Source: an uncultured Acidobacteriota bacterium (GTDB taxonomy: Bacteria > Acidobacteriota > UBA6911 > RPQK01 > JAPXNP01). Taken from it: a stretch of 64,000 nt of DNA. Positions within the stretch are counted from its first letter, which is position 1, and each line of letters opens with the position of its first letter. A program made the translations under genes and the position numbers. The stretch lies in the NCBI GenBank assembly GCA_963777605.1, contig CAVZRV010000008.1, forward strand, positions 160,001-224,000, written 5' to 3'. The notes beneath the pieces were generated by a model. That model made no database searches. It saw only the letters and a list, made by a program, of their open reading frames with translations, and was not told where the DNA came from. Below are positions 10,866 to 20,413 of this stretch, in pieces.

Positions 10866-11282
10866 ATGAGAAATCTTGTCAAAAGTAATCGTCTTTTGCC
10901 CCTCTTGTTCGCTGTTACAGTCACCCTGTTTGCCGGCTATGCGCTGGCAGGCCCCGCCCCCACCAACAAGGCTGCCAGCGGTCCGGAACTTAAGGTCGTG
11001 GAACTGGGTGGCCATTATCAGCAAAACACCGGCGAACTCCAGTTCATGAATGACAAGCTGATTTTCACCTCGTCTCAGGGGAAGGCCGACTCCATGAGCC
11101 TGAACTACGGCAACCTGAAAAAGGTCGAATTTAAGCACGCGCGGCTGTTGAAAATCGAAACTGAAAATGGGCAGCACGAAGAGTTCACCCCCGTTGGGGC
11201 GGCGAAGTTCGACTCCAGCACGGTTGCCTATCTGAAGAACCACATGGGTTCTTCAGTCGACTTCAAGTCCCATATCAAGTAG
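10866..11282 (+). CDS. Small secreted hypothetical protein (possible PH-like beta fold)
   Basis: AAGGAG RBS before ATG 10866; signal peptide ending ALA; GELQFMNDKLIF pattern. Confidence 0.7.
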   Translation: MRNLVKSNRLLPLLFAVTVTLFAGYALAGPAPTNKAASGPELKVVELGGHYQQNTGELQFMNDKLIFTSSQGKADSMSLNYGNLKKVEFKHARLLKIETENGQHEEFTPVGAAKFDSSTVAYLKNHMGSSVDFKSHIK

Positions 11283-11312
11283 ACGCCTCGCTCCTCCCAC
11301 TCCTCCTCCGAG

Positions 11313-11357
11313 CCGGGTTGAGATTGCACCGAACTCTCAACCCGGTCTTCCTGTTTC
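11313..11357 (+). terminator. Probable terminator hairpin
   Basis: 11-bp stem ccgggttgaga/tctcaacccgg followed by tcttcctgtttc. Confidence 0.55.
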
Positions 11358-11486
11358 CCTGCCGTCTGGAAAGCATCTCCCAAGGGATGTAGACTTCCTG
11401 CCTGTGCAGCGTGAGACCCGGTCCACAGGGGGGCCATCTGGCTTCGCACGCGGGGTCTCTTGCGCACTGGCAAGAGGCATGATCGG

Positions 11487-12374
11487 ATGAGTGGACAAAG
11501 CATTGGCTTGAGCGGTAAACGGGAGAAGAGCCGGGTTGCGCTCGCATCGGTAATCGCCGCTGTCTTCCTGACCGGTTCCAAGTTGCTGATCGGCTTCACG
11601 ACGGGCAGTCTCGGCATTCTCTCCGAGGCACTTCATTCCGGACTTGACCTGGTGGCTGCCCTGATCACCTACATTTCAGTCCGGATCTCTGATCGACCGC
11701 CCGACAGGGACCACCACTACGGACACGGCAAAATTGAAAATCTCTCAGCCTTCGTCGAAACCATTCTGCTTCTTCTGACCTGTTTCTGGATTATTTACGA
11801 GGCCGTTCACCGACTCGCGACCGGACGGACGGAAATCGATCTCAGTATCTGGGCATACGTGGTCGTTCTGACCTCGATCATAGTGGACCTGTCCCGTTCG
11901 AGGGCCCTGAAACGGGTAGCCAGAAAGTACAATAGCCAGGCCCTCGAAGCCGATGCCCTCCACTTCTCCACCGACATCTGGAGTTCCGCGGTCGTTCTGT
12001 TCGGTCTGATTTGTGCAAATCTCGGCTATTTCTTTGCCGACTCCGTCGCGGCGCTTGTGGTAGCCGGAATCGTGATTTATGTTTCCTATAAACTGGGCAA
12101 GAGATCGGTTGATGTGTTGCTCGATCGGGTCCCGGAAAGTACTTTGTCCAAGATCGTCGGCGCGATGAAGCGGATTGAGGAAATCTCGAACTTTCACGAT
12201 ATCCGGATCCGGACAGCGGGAGCCGACACCTTTGTCGAAGTCAACATTCACGTCGATCCGAAACTCAGCATTGAAGAAGCCCACGAGATATCCCATCGAG
12301 CGGAAGAGCAGATCAGGAAGACCGTCAAGCGGTGTGAGATCCACGTGCACACGGAACCGGAGGACAGGCACTAG
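11487..12374 (+). CDS. Cation diffusion facilitator (CDF/FieF-like) metal efflux transporter
   Basis: SEALHSGLD, HHYGHGKIE, LEADALHFSTD, AHEI, IHVHTEP. Confidence 0.93.
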   Translation: MSGQSIGLSGKREKSRVALASVIAAVFLTGSKLLIGFTTGSLGILSEALHSGLDLVAALITYISVRISDRPPDRDHHYGHGKIENLSAFVETILLLLTCFWIIYEAVHRLATGRTEIDLSIWAYVVVLTSIIVDLSRSRALKRVARKYNSQALEADALHFSTDIWSSAVVLFGLICANLGYFFADSVAALVVAGIVIYVSYKLGKRSVDVLLDRVPESTLSKIVGAMKRIEEISNFHDIRIRTAGADTFVEVNIHVDPKLSIEEAHEISHRAEEQIRKTVKRCEIHVHTEPEDRH

Positions 12375-12466
12375 CCGAGTGCAGGCGAGGGCCGAACGAG
12401 GCGTCGAACCCTCAGATTGATTCAAGGGTGCCAGTCTGACTGACCACGATAGGTGGGGAGGAAATC

Positions 12467-14209
12467 ATGAAATTATCCTGGTTGAGCCTGTTTCTGGTAG
12501 TTGTTGTCCTTGGCACCGGTTGTCGGAGCAAGCAACCGGCCGCGGACGTGGTGCTTTACGGGGGGCAGGTCGTCACCGTCGACAGGAATTTCTCGATCGC
12601 CGATGCGGTTGCGATCCAGGGAAATTCGATCCTTGCGACTGGATCGAATGACGAGATCCGCTTGCTGGCAGGCGAAAACACGCAAGAGATCGATCTCGGC
12701 GGCAAGACGGTTCTCCCGGGATTGATCGACTCTCACCTGCACGCGTTTGCTTCGGCTCTTTATGAATTCGACCATACCGTTCCCGACATGGAGACAATCG
12801 GCGACGTGCTGGACTACGTGCGGGCCCGGGCCGATGTCCTCGATGACGGCGATTGGATACTGGTTTCGCAGGTCTTCATCACGCGGCTCAAAGAACAGCG
12901 CTACCCCACCCGGCAGGAGCTCGACGGTGCCGCGCCGCGAAATCCGGTAGTGTTCCGGACCGGTCCTGACGCTTCGCTGAATTCGCTGGCTCTCAAGCTG
13001 AGCGGAATCGACAAGAACTTCAGAATAACTGACGGGCAGCCAGGACGTGTCGAGCGAGATCCCGTCACAGGTCAGCCAACCGGCATTCTTCGCCAGTGTT
13101 CCCGGTTCATCAAGTACGTCCCCAGCGCGAAATCGCCTGCAGACGCGGACCGGAGGTCAAGGCTCAAAGAATTGTTCCGGGATTACAACTCGGTGGGAAT
13201 TACCTCGGTTGTCGACGGCGACACGAGCGACCAGGAACTCGAGCTTTTCCGCCAACTTCGAACCGAGCAGGGACTGAGTTGTAGGGTATTCATGGCTCTC
13301 TCGGTAAATGCCCAGGACGACATGGAAGCGATTACCGAGCGGATTCAGAAAGCCGCACTCGATCCCCTCCACCAGTACGACGACATGCTCTGGTTGAGGG
13401 GGATCAAGAGCTACCTGGACGGCGGGATGCTGACCGGGAGTGCCTTTATGAATAAGCCCTGGGGCGTCAGCAAGATCTATTCGATTGCCGATCCCGAGTA
13501 TCGCGGGATGCGCTACATCGAACCGGACAAGCTCTATCAGATCATGAAAGCCGCTCTTGCCAACGGGTTCCAGTTCACTGCACATTCGGTGGGGGATGGA
13601 GCTGTCGACGCCTTCATCGACGCGGCGGAGAGGATCGATCGGGAAGACTTCCCGGTCTCCGACCGCAGGCCATGTCTGACTCATGCCAATTTTCAGAGTC
13701 CCGAGGCGATCAGCCGGATGAAGGGGGTCGGTGTTGTCGCCAACATGCAGCCGGCCTGGCTTCGGATGGATGGGGCGACCTTGATGAAGCACTTCGGTCC
13801 CGACCGCACGGCCTACTTCCAGCCTTACAAAGCTCTCTTTGAAGCGGGTGTGACGGTTGGAGGCGGCTCAGATCACATGCAGAAAGTCGGGAGTTTCCGG
13901 TCGATCAATCCTTACAACCCGTTTCTGGGCATGTGGACGACGATAACCCGCCAACCCCGTTGGACCGAAGAGTCGTTCCATCCCGAACAGGACATCACCC
14001 GGGAACAGGCGATCCGGTTGTACACCATCAACAACGCCTACCTGACCTTCGAGGAAGACCGCAAGGGTTCGCTGGAACCGGGCAAACTCGCCGACCTCAT
14101 CGTACTTGACCGGGACATTCTCCGTTGCCCGGTGAGCGAGATCCCGGAAATTCAGGTCGAAGAGACATTTCTCGGCGGCAAGAGCATCTACCGAAAAGGG
14201 GATCGGTAG
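12467..14209 (+). CDS. Amidohydrolase_3 (YtcJ-like) lipoprotein
   Basis: Lipobox LGTGC; PGLIDSHLH, HSVGD, GGSD, GSLEPGKLADLIVLD. Confidence 0.9.
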   Translation: MKLSWLSLFLVVVVLGTGCRSKQPAADVVLYGGQVVTVDRNFSIADAVAIQGNSILATGSNDEIRLLAGENTQEIDLGGKTVLPGLIDSHLHAFASALYEFDHTVPDMETIGDVLDYVRARADVLDDGDWILVSQVFITRLKEQRYPTRQELDGAAPRNPVVFRTGPDASLNSLALKLSGIDKNFRITDGQPGRVERDPVTGQPTGILRQCSRFIKYVPSAKSPADADRRSRLKELFRDYNSVGITSVVDGDTSDQELELFRQLRTEQGLSCRVFMALSVNAQDDMEAITERIQKAALDPLHQYDDMLWLRGIKSYLDGGMLTGSAFMNKPWGVSKIYSIADPEYRGMRYIEPDKLYQIMKAALANGFQFTAHSVGDGAVDAFIDAAERIDREDFPVSDRRPCLTHANFQSPEAISRMKGVGVVANMQPAWLRMDGATLMKHFGPDRTAYFQPYKALFEAGVTVGGGSDHMQKVGSFRSINPYNPFLGMWTTITRQPRWTEESFHPEQDITREQAIRLYTINNAYLTFEEDRKGSLEPGKLADLIVLDRDILRCPVSEIPEIQVEETFLGGKSIYRKGDR

Positions 14210-14317
14210 TCAGCAACGAAACTCCGCGGGCGTGACTCAATCGATTGGAGAAACCGAGCCCAAAGGGACTTTCCAAACACCCAAATCTCGTCCATCCAGC
14301 TCTTCCAGAAACGAGGC

Positions 14318-14653
14318 TCAGGACGCGTCGGCGAGGTCGTGGGCTTCGGACTCGATGTGGTCCTGGAAGAAGGGCAGCAGGAGTCGGACCATCTGCTGGC
14401 GGTCTTCCAGGAATGTAATGCCAAAAGATCCGTCTGCCGCGTAAATGACCCTGCCATTCAGGCGCACCGCCCGCCCTTCGGGTTCCAGAATTGTCTTCAC
14501 GGGACAATCGACCGGAGGCGAGAGTTCGGACGTTTCAATGCAGGCTCCGTTGGAAGACAGGTTCACCACGGATCCCTTCAACTTCTGTGAACCGGCTTCA
14601 AATTCGCATGGGAGCTTGCAGTCCCAGCGATGAAAGTTCCTTCGATCATTCAC
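14318..14653 (-). CDS. PilZ domain protein (c-di-GMP receptor)
   Basis: RRNFHR (RxxxR) and NLSSNG (D/NxSxxG); GGAGG RBS before GTG. Confidence 0.85.
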   Translation of the reverse strand: MNDRRNFHRWDCKLPCEFEAGSQKLKGSVVNLSSNGACIETSELSPPVDCPVKTILEPEGRAVRLNGRVIYAADGSFGITFLEDRQQMVRLLLPFFQDHIESEAHDLADAS

Positions 14654-14864
14654 GGCTACCTCCTGGCCGGGTACAGAATTGGTTCCAGGGCACCGGCCTT
14701 AGAGAATAATCATAGGACCGGAGCGACTCATAATCTGATGACTGAGATCACAAACTGGTTCCCGACTTGATTCTATAATTGGATTTCCCCTAAAGTCTTA
14801 TGGAGCCGGAATCCCGGCGGAGCAATATATAGGTCCGTCCGGCACCGCAGGAGGAGAGGTTTTT

Positions 14865-16613
14865 TTGGAATCAATGGGGACTCAGCCAAAAGATCGCAGA
14901 TTGCTCAGGCGCCTGGCCCTTTGGGCCGTTCCGGTTGTGCTGTTGGTTTCCGGACTCGCTTATCTCGCCACTCTGGATCGGCGACAAGCATTACTCGAGG
15001 CCCATCTTGCGTTGCGGGAAGGGGACTTCCAGAAGTGTGCTGATGGCTTTTCCGAACTTGCTGATTCCTATTGGGAAGGGGAAGAGGCGACGGCCGGAGC
15101 CGGAATCTGTCAGGCCCTCGAGAGCGGAACCGAAGTTCCATCGGAGTCCCATACATTCGAAACTTCCGCCCTGGACCACTTCGAAGTCCGGGCCACGCTG
15201 CACCGGGAACTTACGTCCGGTCATTACCAGGCCTGCTTGAACCTTGCGCGCCTGCTTGGCGCCCGGGGACTGAAAGAAGCCCCACTCTACGCTGCGACCG
15301 CGCTGCTGGAACTGGGCCATCGGGATGAAAGCCAGGCAACCTTCAGTTCCCTCCCAACCTTGCTCAGGCACAGTCCACTTGGCCGCCGCGTTGAAAGAGT
15401 TCTTTCGGTCCTTGCCAAGGACGCCCTTTCGGTTGTTCAAGACCGGCGAGGGACCCCCATCGGGTGGTTGACCAAAGACCGGACCTTTCGGTTTCTCGAC
15501 GGAATCGATCAGTCTGTGCTCCCGCTCGAGACACTCCACGCCGCCCTGGATGGGAATCCTGCGGCGAGTGTCCGACTGAGCATCGACCTGGACTTGAGTG
15601 CCATCGCTGAACGGGCCTTGCGGGGATACCGCGGAAGCATCGTTCTGCTGTCCCCACGAACCGGCGAAATCCTCGCGGCCGTCTCTGACCGCCGGACGCG
15701 GCGAAAGATGGACGACCCCGCCTTCCGGGAACTGCGGGAGCCCGCTTCGATCTCGAAACTGATCACAACGGTCGCAGCACTGCGATCGGGAATCAATCCC
15801 GATGCCGAGATCGCAAAGATGCGGTGCCGGGGAGCTGAAAGCTTCGAGGGAGACTACCTCTACTGCTCCAACCCGGCCGGGAGGCTTAAGGGCCTCAATC
15901 AAGCCATGGCCATCAGTTGCAACCTGGCATTCGCCAACCTCGGAGTCGAGACGGGCAGCAGCGCCATCCTGAGTGAACTCCACCGCTTCGGCTTCGGAGC
16001 GCCCGATCAACACGGCATGCGGTTTGGGAGGATCCTGGACGAGCGTTTGGGCGATCGTAAACTCGCCGATGTCTCGATCGGCCTGGAATATACGGAAACG
16101 ACACCACTGCACGCCGCCCTCATTGCCGCCACGTTCGCCAACGATGGGAAGATGCCGGAACCCACGCTTTTTTCGGCGCGCGACGGATTGCTCGGCCTTT
16201 CGACACAGCGCCCCTTCGAGACCCACAGTCATCAAGTGGTGGACCCGCGGTGGATTCCGATCCTAAGGGACTCCATGCAGGCGGTCGTTCGCTCGGGAGG
16301 AACCGCCCACGGCGTCGAATCCGATGGTTTTCCCGTGGCGATGAAGACCGGCACAGCGGCTACCCCGGGATTGGGTTACCACACCAACTACATCGGCTTC
16401 GGGCCGGTTGGCGACCCAACGGTCGCATTCTGCGTCAGAATTACCGGGATTCGGTCTTCCAGGGTGATCGGCCAGGTGTCGAGGAGTGTCACCCATCGCC
16501 TGCTTCGCTATCTGAGCCGGCACAAAGACTGGCTCGAACACGACCCCAAAGATATTCGCCTCCAGTGGACAACCTACTTTGAGGAGGTCGAAGACTTGGC
16601 GGATATCAGCTGA
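14865..16613 (+). CDS. Membrane-anchored penicillin-binding transpeptidase with a helical (TPR-like) N-terminal region
   Basis: TM anchor; PRTGEILAAVS; SxxK (PASISK), SxN (SCN), KTG. Confidence 0.85.
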   Translation: MESMGTQPKDRRLLRRLALWAVPVVLLVSGLAYLATLDRRQALLEAHLALREGDFQKCADGFSELADSYWEGEEATAGAGICQALESGTEVPSESHTFETSALDHFEVRATLHRELTSGHYQACLNLARLLGARGLKEAPLYAATALLELGHRDESQATFSSLPTLLRHSPLGRRVERVLSVLAKDALSVVQDRRGTPIGWLTKDRTFRFLDGIDQSVLPLETLHAALDGNPAASVRLSIDLDLSAIAERALRGYRGSIVLLSPRTGEILAAVSDRRTRRKMDDPAFRELREPASISKLITTVAALRSGINPDAEIAKMRCRGAESFEGDYLYCSNPAGRLKGLNQAMAISCNLAFANLGVETGSSAILSELHRFGFGAPDQHGMRFGRILDERLGDRKLADVSIGLEYTETTPLHAALIAATFANDGKMPEPTLFSARDGLLGLSTQRPFETHSHQVVDPRWIPILRDSMQAVVRSGGTAHGVESDGFPVAMKTGTAATPGLGYHTNYIGFGPVGDPTVAFCVRITGIRSSRVIGQVSRSVTHRLLRYLSRHKDWLEHDPKDIRLQWTTYFEEVEDLADIS

Positions 16614-16625
16614 CCGGCCTTTCGA

Positions 16626-17783
16626 TTACTCCTCGAAATCGACATTGAAGTCGATCGTCACCGGTAACCCCTCCTCCGGACTAACCTTTAAATTCTCTAC
16701 CCGGTATCGCAGTTGGACTCGCCGGGAGCCCTGCATCCCCTTTTCCCGAGCCCGGATCGGCAGGAGCGAGGTCTTTCCTGCCTCGAGCAGGACCTGTTCC
16801 GGAAAGGTCACGGAGGCATCGTCACTTTCGGCAACCAGCCTGAAGTCAGCCGCAGATGCGTTCGAAACCTGCAGATAGCGGGTGCTCCGGCCCTGCAACG
16901 CCAGAGAGTCCGTTTCGAGTTTGATCGAGTTCTCAAAGAGAGGCCGCAGGTAGGCTTCTTCCCCGATTAGCAGGTCTCCAGCATAGACAACCGTCCGACG
17001 CTGGAGCAGCGCTTCCTTGACAGACTCGACCGAGTTGTCGCGGGCGAACACCAGAGTCATGGGACGGTGGTCCCCCTCGTGAACAAGGTAGTCCAGGTTG
17101 AGGGGCGCATGAATATCTGAGTTGCTCAGCATCGTGAGTTTCTTTTCGAGGCACCAGCGGTGAACTTCCGGATAATACTCGCGGGCGTTGGCCACTTCGA
17201 TGCCGTTGAGAAGCCCCTGGGAAAGGAGTTCGTCATGCTCGGGATACCAGCGGGCTTTCCCATCCGCCTGTTGCCCCTTCCAACCCGGATGATTCCAGAA
17301 AATAAAAGCACGCTGCCGTGACGCTTCCCGCAAGGCGTCCCGCCAGTTCTCGGTATCCAGAGGATTCGAGTCCGTGATGAAGATCGCGTTCAGGTGTCCT
17401 GGCGGCATGTCGCGGGTGACTTCGGAGCCTTTTACCACGGTAATTGAAAGAATCTTTCCCTGTTCGTCCGCTATTTCATAGGAACGGTTGTGGTTAGTGG
17501 GTAAATCGCTTTTGTGCGGCTGATACTCGATATGATCGGTGATCGCGATGACGTCGAGGCCTTCCCGCCAGGCCTCTTCCGGGCGAACGTCCGGCCAAAC
17601 CTGGCCGTCCGAGAAAACCGTGTGTATGTGAAAGTCGCAACGCAGCGTCTTGTAACCAAGAATGTCGGGGAAATGTACCGGAGTCCTGACCCTCGGGTTT
17701 GGATCGTGCGCCTGGAGAGCTCCGGCAAGAGCGAAAAGCGAGAGAGTCAGCAGTACCGGAACCCAGCGATAAGACTTCTTCAT
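16626..17783 (-). CDS. Secreted PHP-domain phosphoesterase (Sb-PDE-like)
   Basis: Signal peptide; CDFHIHTVFSDG, AITDH, GSEVTR..PPGHLN, WNHP, NSDIH. Confidence 0.88.
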   Translation of the reverse strand: MKKSYRWVPVLLTLSLFALAGALQAHDPNPRVRTPVHFPDILGYKTLRCDFHIHTVFSDGQVWPDVRPEEAWREGLDVIAITDHIEYQPHKSDLPTNHNRSYEIADEQGKILSITVVKGSEVTRDMPPGHLNAIFITDSNPLDTENWRDALREASRQRAFIFWNHPGWKGQQADGKARWYPEHDELLSQGLLNGIEVANAREYYPEVHRWCLEKKLTMLSNSDIHAPLNLDYLVHEGDHRPMTLVFARDNSVESVKEALLQRRTVVYAGDLLIGEEAYLRPLFENSIKLETDSLALQGRSTRYLQVSNASAADFRLVAESDDASVTFPEQVLLEAGKTSLLPIRAREKGMQGSRRVQLRYRVENLKVSPEEGLPVTIDFNVDFEE

Positions 17784-17825
17784 CGTTCTACTCCCGTCGA
17801 TGTCGGCATTCATGGTTGCCAGATG

Positions 17826-18569
17826 TCAGCATTCATGGTTCTCAGGGGCGAGGAATCGGTCCGCCAGGTCCTGCTCCGGGGAATCGATCTCCCGGTCTCG
17901 CCCGACGTCTGCAGAGTCGCCCTCGCCGACGACTCCACCATCCCTGAGGACCACCACCCGTTCCGCCAGTCGCCTGACTTCGCCGAGGTTGTGCGAAACC
18001 AGCAGGGTCGGGATCTTCCACTCCGCGATGGCCTTTCGGATATACGAAGTTACCCGCTCTTTGAGCAGGTCGTCCAGCCCGGTCAGCGGTTCGTCTAAGA
18101 GTAGCAGATCGGGACCACTCAAGAGCGCCCGGCCCAGCGCCACTCGTTGCTTCTCTCCGCCTGACAGGTTACGTGGGAAACGCTCCAGCGCAGGCCCAAG
18201 TTCCAGGACTTCCACCACCCTCTCGAAGTCTATCGGACTGTTTCCCCGGTGGCGCCTCTTCTTCCCAAAGTTCAGGTTTCTTTTGACCGAGAAGTGGGGA
18301 AAGAGGAACTGCTCCTGGAAAACCATTCCGACCGCCCGGAACTGGGGCGGGACGTTAACCCCGGCTTGCGTGTCGAGAAGGACACGGCCGCCCAGCTCAA
18401 CCCTGCCAATCTGCGGGAGCTTGAGACCGGAAACCACCTCCAGGATGGACGTTTTTCCGCTGCCCGAAGGCCCGTAGAGGGCCGTAACCAGGGAACTGGT
18501 TCGAAACACGACGTTGATTGCGAACCCGCCCTCGTAGCGGTGTTGGATTCGAACGTCAAGTTGATTCAC
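17826..18569 (-). CDS. modC: Molybdate ABC transporter ATP-binding subunit (short, no TOBE domain); start uncertain
   Basis: GPSGSGKT, LSGGEKQRVALGRALL, LLLLDEP, VSH; adjacent to modB. Confidence 0.88.
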   Translation of the reverse strand: MNQLDVRIQHRYEGGFAINVVFRTSSLVTALYGPSGSGKTSILEVVSGLKLPQIGRVELGGRVLLDTQAGVNVPPQFRAVGMVFQEQFLFPHFSVKRNLNFGKKRRHRGNSPIDFERVVEVLELGPALERFPRNLSGGEKQRVALGRALLSGPDLLLLDEPLTGLDDLLKERVTSYIRKAIAEWKIPTLLVSHNLGEVRRLAERVVVLRDGGVVGEGDSADVGRDREIDSPEQDLADRFLAPENHEC

Positions 18570-19242
18570 GACGTGTTTGCCTGCGTTCAAGAAATTCGGT
18601 TGCGGCCAGCGTCAGGCAGGCCAGAAAGATGGAAACCAGCACAAGCCTGCCACTTCGTGACACTCCTCCGGGGCTCTGGACAAGGGAAAAGACCGCTGAG
18701 GGGATGGTTTGGGTTTTTCCGGGTATGTTGCCGGCGAGCATGATAGTTGCGCCAAATTCTCCAAGACTTCTGGCGAACGCCACAATGGCCCCGGAAAGGA
18801 CACCACGGTAGGCAAGGGGCAAACTGACTGAAATAAACGTATCGATGGGACCCGAACCGAGGGTCCGGGCAACGCCTTCGAGGCGCTGATCGACCGAGGC
18901 AAAGGAAACCCGGATGGTTCGGACCATCAATGGGAAGCTGACGACCGCTGCGGCTACCGCGGCTCCCAGCCAGGTGAAGGCGATCCGAATGCCCAGCCTC
19001 TCCTCCAGAAACCCACCCACGTACCCGTTACGGCCCAGCAACTGCAGCAACACGAATCCGGTGACAACCGGGGGTAAAACCAGGGGAAGGTTGACCAGGG
19101 TTTCGACGAGCCACTTTGCGCGACCCTGCCACCGCGCCATCACGTAGGCAAGCGGCACCGCCAGCGGGAGGCTGACCACAACTGCCCACGATGCCACCCA
19201 GAGACTCAGACGAATTGCCTGCCATTCATCGTTTGAAAACAT
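18556..19242 (-). CDS. modB: Molybdate ABC transporter permease
   Basis: LPLVLPPVVTGF, FARSLGEFGATIMLAGNIPGKTQT. Confidence 0.95.
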   Translation of the reverse strand: MFSNDEWQAIRLSLWVASWAVVVSLPLAVPLAYVMARWQGRAKWLVETLVNLPLVLPPVVTGFVLLQLLGRNGYVGGFLEERLGIRIAFTWLGAAVAAAVVSFPLMVRTIRVSFASVDQRLEGVARTLGSGPIDTFISVSLPLAYRGVLSGAIVAFARSLGEFGATIMLAGNIPGKTQTIPSAVFSLVQSPGGVSRSGRLVLVSIFLACLTLAATEFLERRQTRREST

Positions 19243-19417
19243 GTCCGGCCACAATCTTTTCAGAACAACTCGTCAGAACGCAATCGGGGACGTCCTGTTC
19301 TATCCGGTGCCGGGGAATTCCGGGTCATTCCAGCGCGAAGAATAGGACCGACGATCAGGCGATCCAGGCCGGCAAATCGATCGATTCCGAGGAAGCACTT
19401 CCCGAAGGGAGTCCCGG

Positions 19418-20380
19418 TCAGAATGATTCGGTCAGAAATTGGGCAGCCTCATCGAGATGATCCAGGACTAATTGCCACCCGTGGGGCCCGCCTTCGTAGA
19501 CCTTGAACTTGTGCTTGATGTCCTTGTCGGTCAGTACCTTGTCGAATGCCTTGATTCCCGCAGCCAGAGGAAAAGACCGGTTGTAGCGATCAGCCGTTCC
19601 ATACGCGAAGAAGATATCAAGACCGTCCACGTCAACTGTCTTAGCCAGATCGATGAGGCTGTTCTGGACCCAGTGCTCGTGATCGAAAGGCATTCCGTAA
19701 ATCGGAGCCAGAGCCTTGACCAGATACTGAGCCATGCGCGATTGAGAATCGCGGACGTAGACGGAAGGGTCGTCACCCGCGAATATGATCGGGGAAAACC
19801 CCAGGGCGGATGCATACAGTTCGGGATGCTTCATCGCGATTTTGAGGGCCCCATACCCTCCCATTGAAACTCCGCCGATACTTCGGTGTTTGCGATCCGG
19901 GATCGTCCGGTAGGTTTTCTCCACGTGTTCAATCAGATCCTTGACGATCATCTGCTCGAAATTGAGCGTGCCGTCGAGGTAATCGGTGTAGAAACTGTTC
20001 TCCCCGTTGGGATTGATCATGATGAACTCGGGGATCTCACCGCTTTTCTGGAGTTCCTCGATACGGGTCGGGATTCCACCGTACCGCTCGACGGTCCAGC
20101 TTGTGTGATCGTTCCAGAGGCCGTGGAGGAAGTAGACGACCGGAAACTTGCGGGAGGGGCTGTCGTCATAGCTTGGGGGGAGAAAGACGCTGTAATTGGA
20201 GTCTCTTCCGAGTGCGGGCGAGTAAAAGCTGCTGAACTTGATTCGCGCACCGCCTGGGAGCGCTCGGTCTTCCGGCTGATCAATTCTCCGGGGCCCGTCC
20301 TGAGCTCCCACTGTAAGCGGAGCGCCAACGAGCAGATTTAACAGTAGAGAAATAACCCGTATTTTGTTCACATTCTTCAT
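19418..20380 (-). CDS. Secreted esterase (alpha/beta hydrolase, Esterase family)
   Basis: Signal peptide; VFLPPSY, PVVYFLHG, GVSMGG nucleophile, GPHGW. Confidence 0.88.
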   Translation of the reverse strand: MKNVNKIRVISLLLNLLVGAPLTVGAQDGPRRIDQPEDRALPGGARIKFSSFYSPALGRDSNYSVFLPPSYDDSPSRKFPVVYFLHGLWNDHTSWTVERYGGIPTRIEELQKSGEIPEFIMINPNGENSFYTDYLDGTLNFEQMIVKDLIEHVEKTYRTIPDRKHRSIGGVSMGGYGALKIAMKHPELYASALGFSPIIFAGDDPSVYVRDSQSRMAQYLVKALAPIYGMPFDHEHWVQNSLIDLAKTVDVDGLDIFFAYGTADRYNRSFPLAAGIKAFDKVLTDKDIKHKFKVYEGGPHGWQLVLDHLDEAAQFLTESF

Positions 20381-20413
20381 TATAGCGACCTCAGATGGAA
20401 CCGGACAATAAAG

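Noticed and set aside
14668-14690. Sigma-54-like TGGAACCAATTCTGTA upstream of the PilZ gene (minus strand)
   Set aside because: The -12 element reads GT instead of GC and lies very close to the RBS; too weak to call
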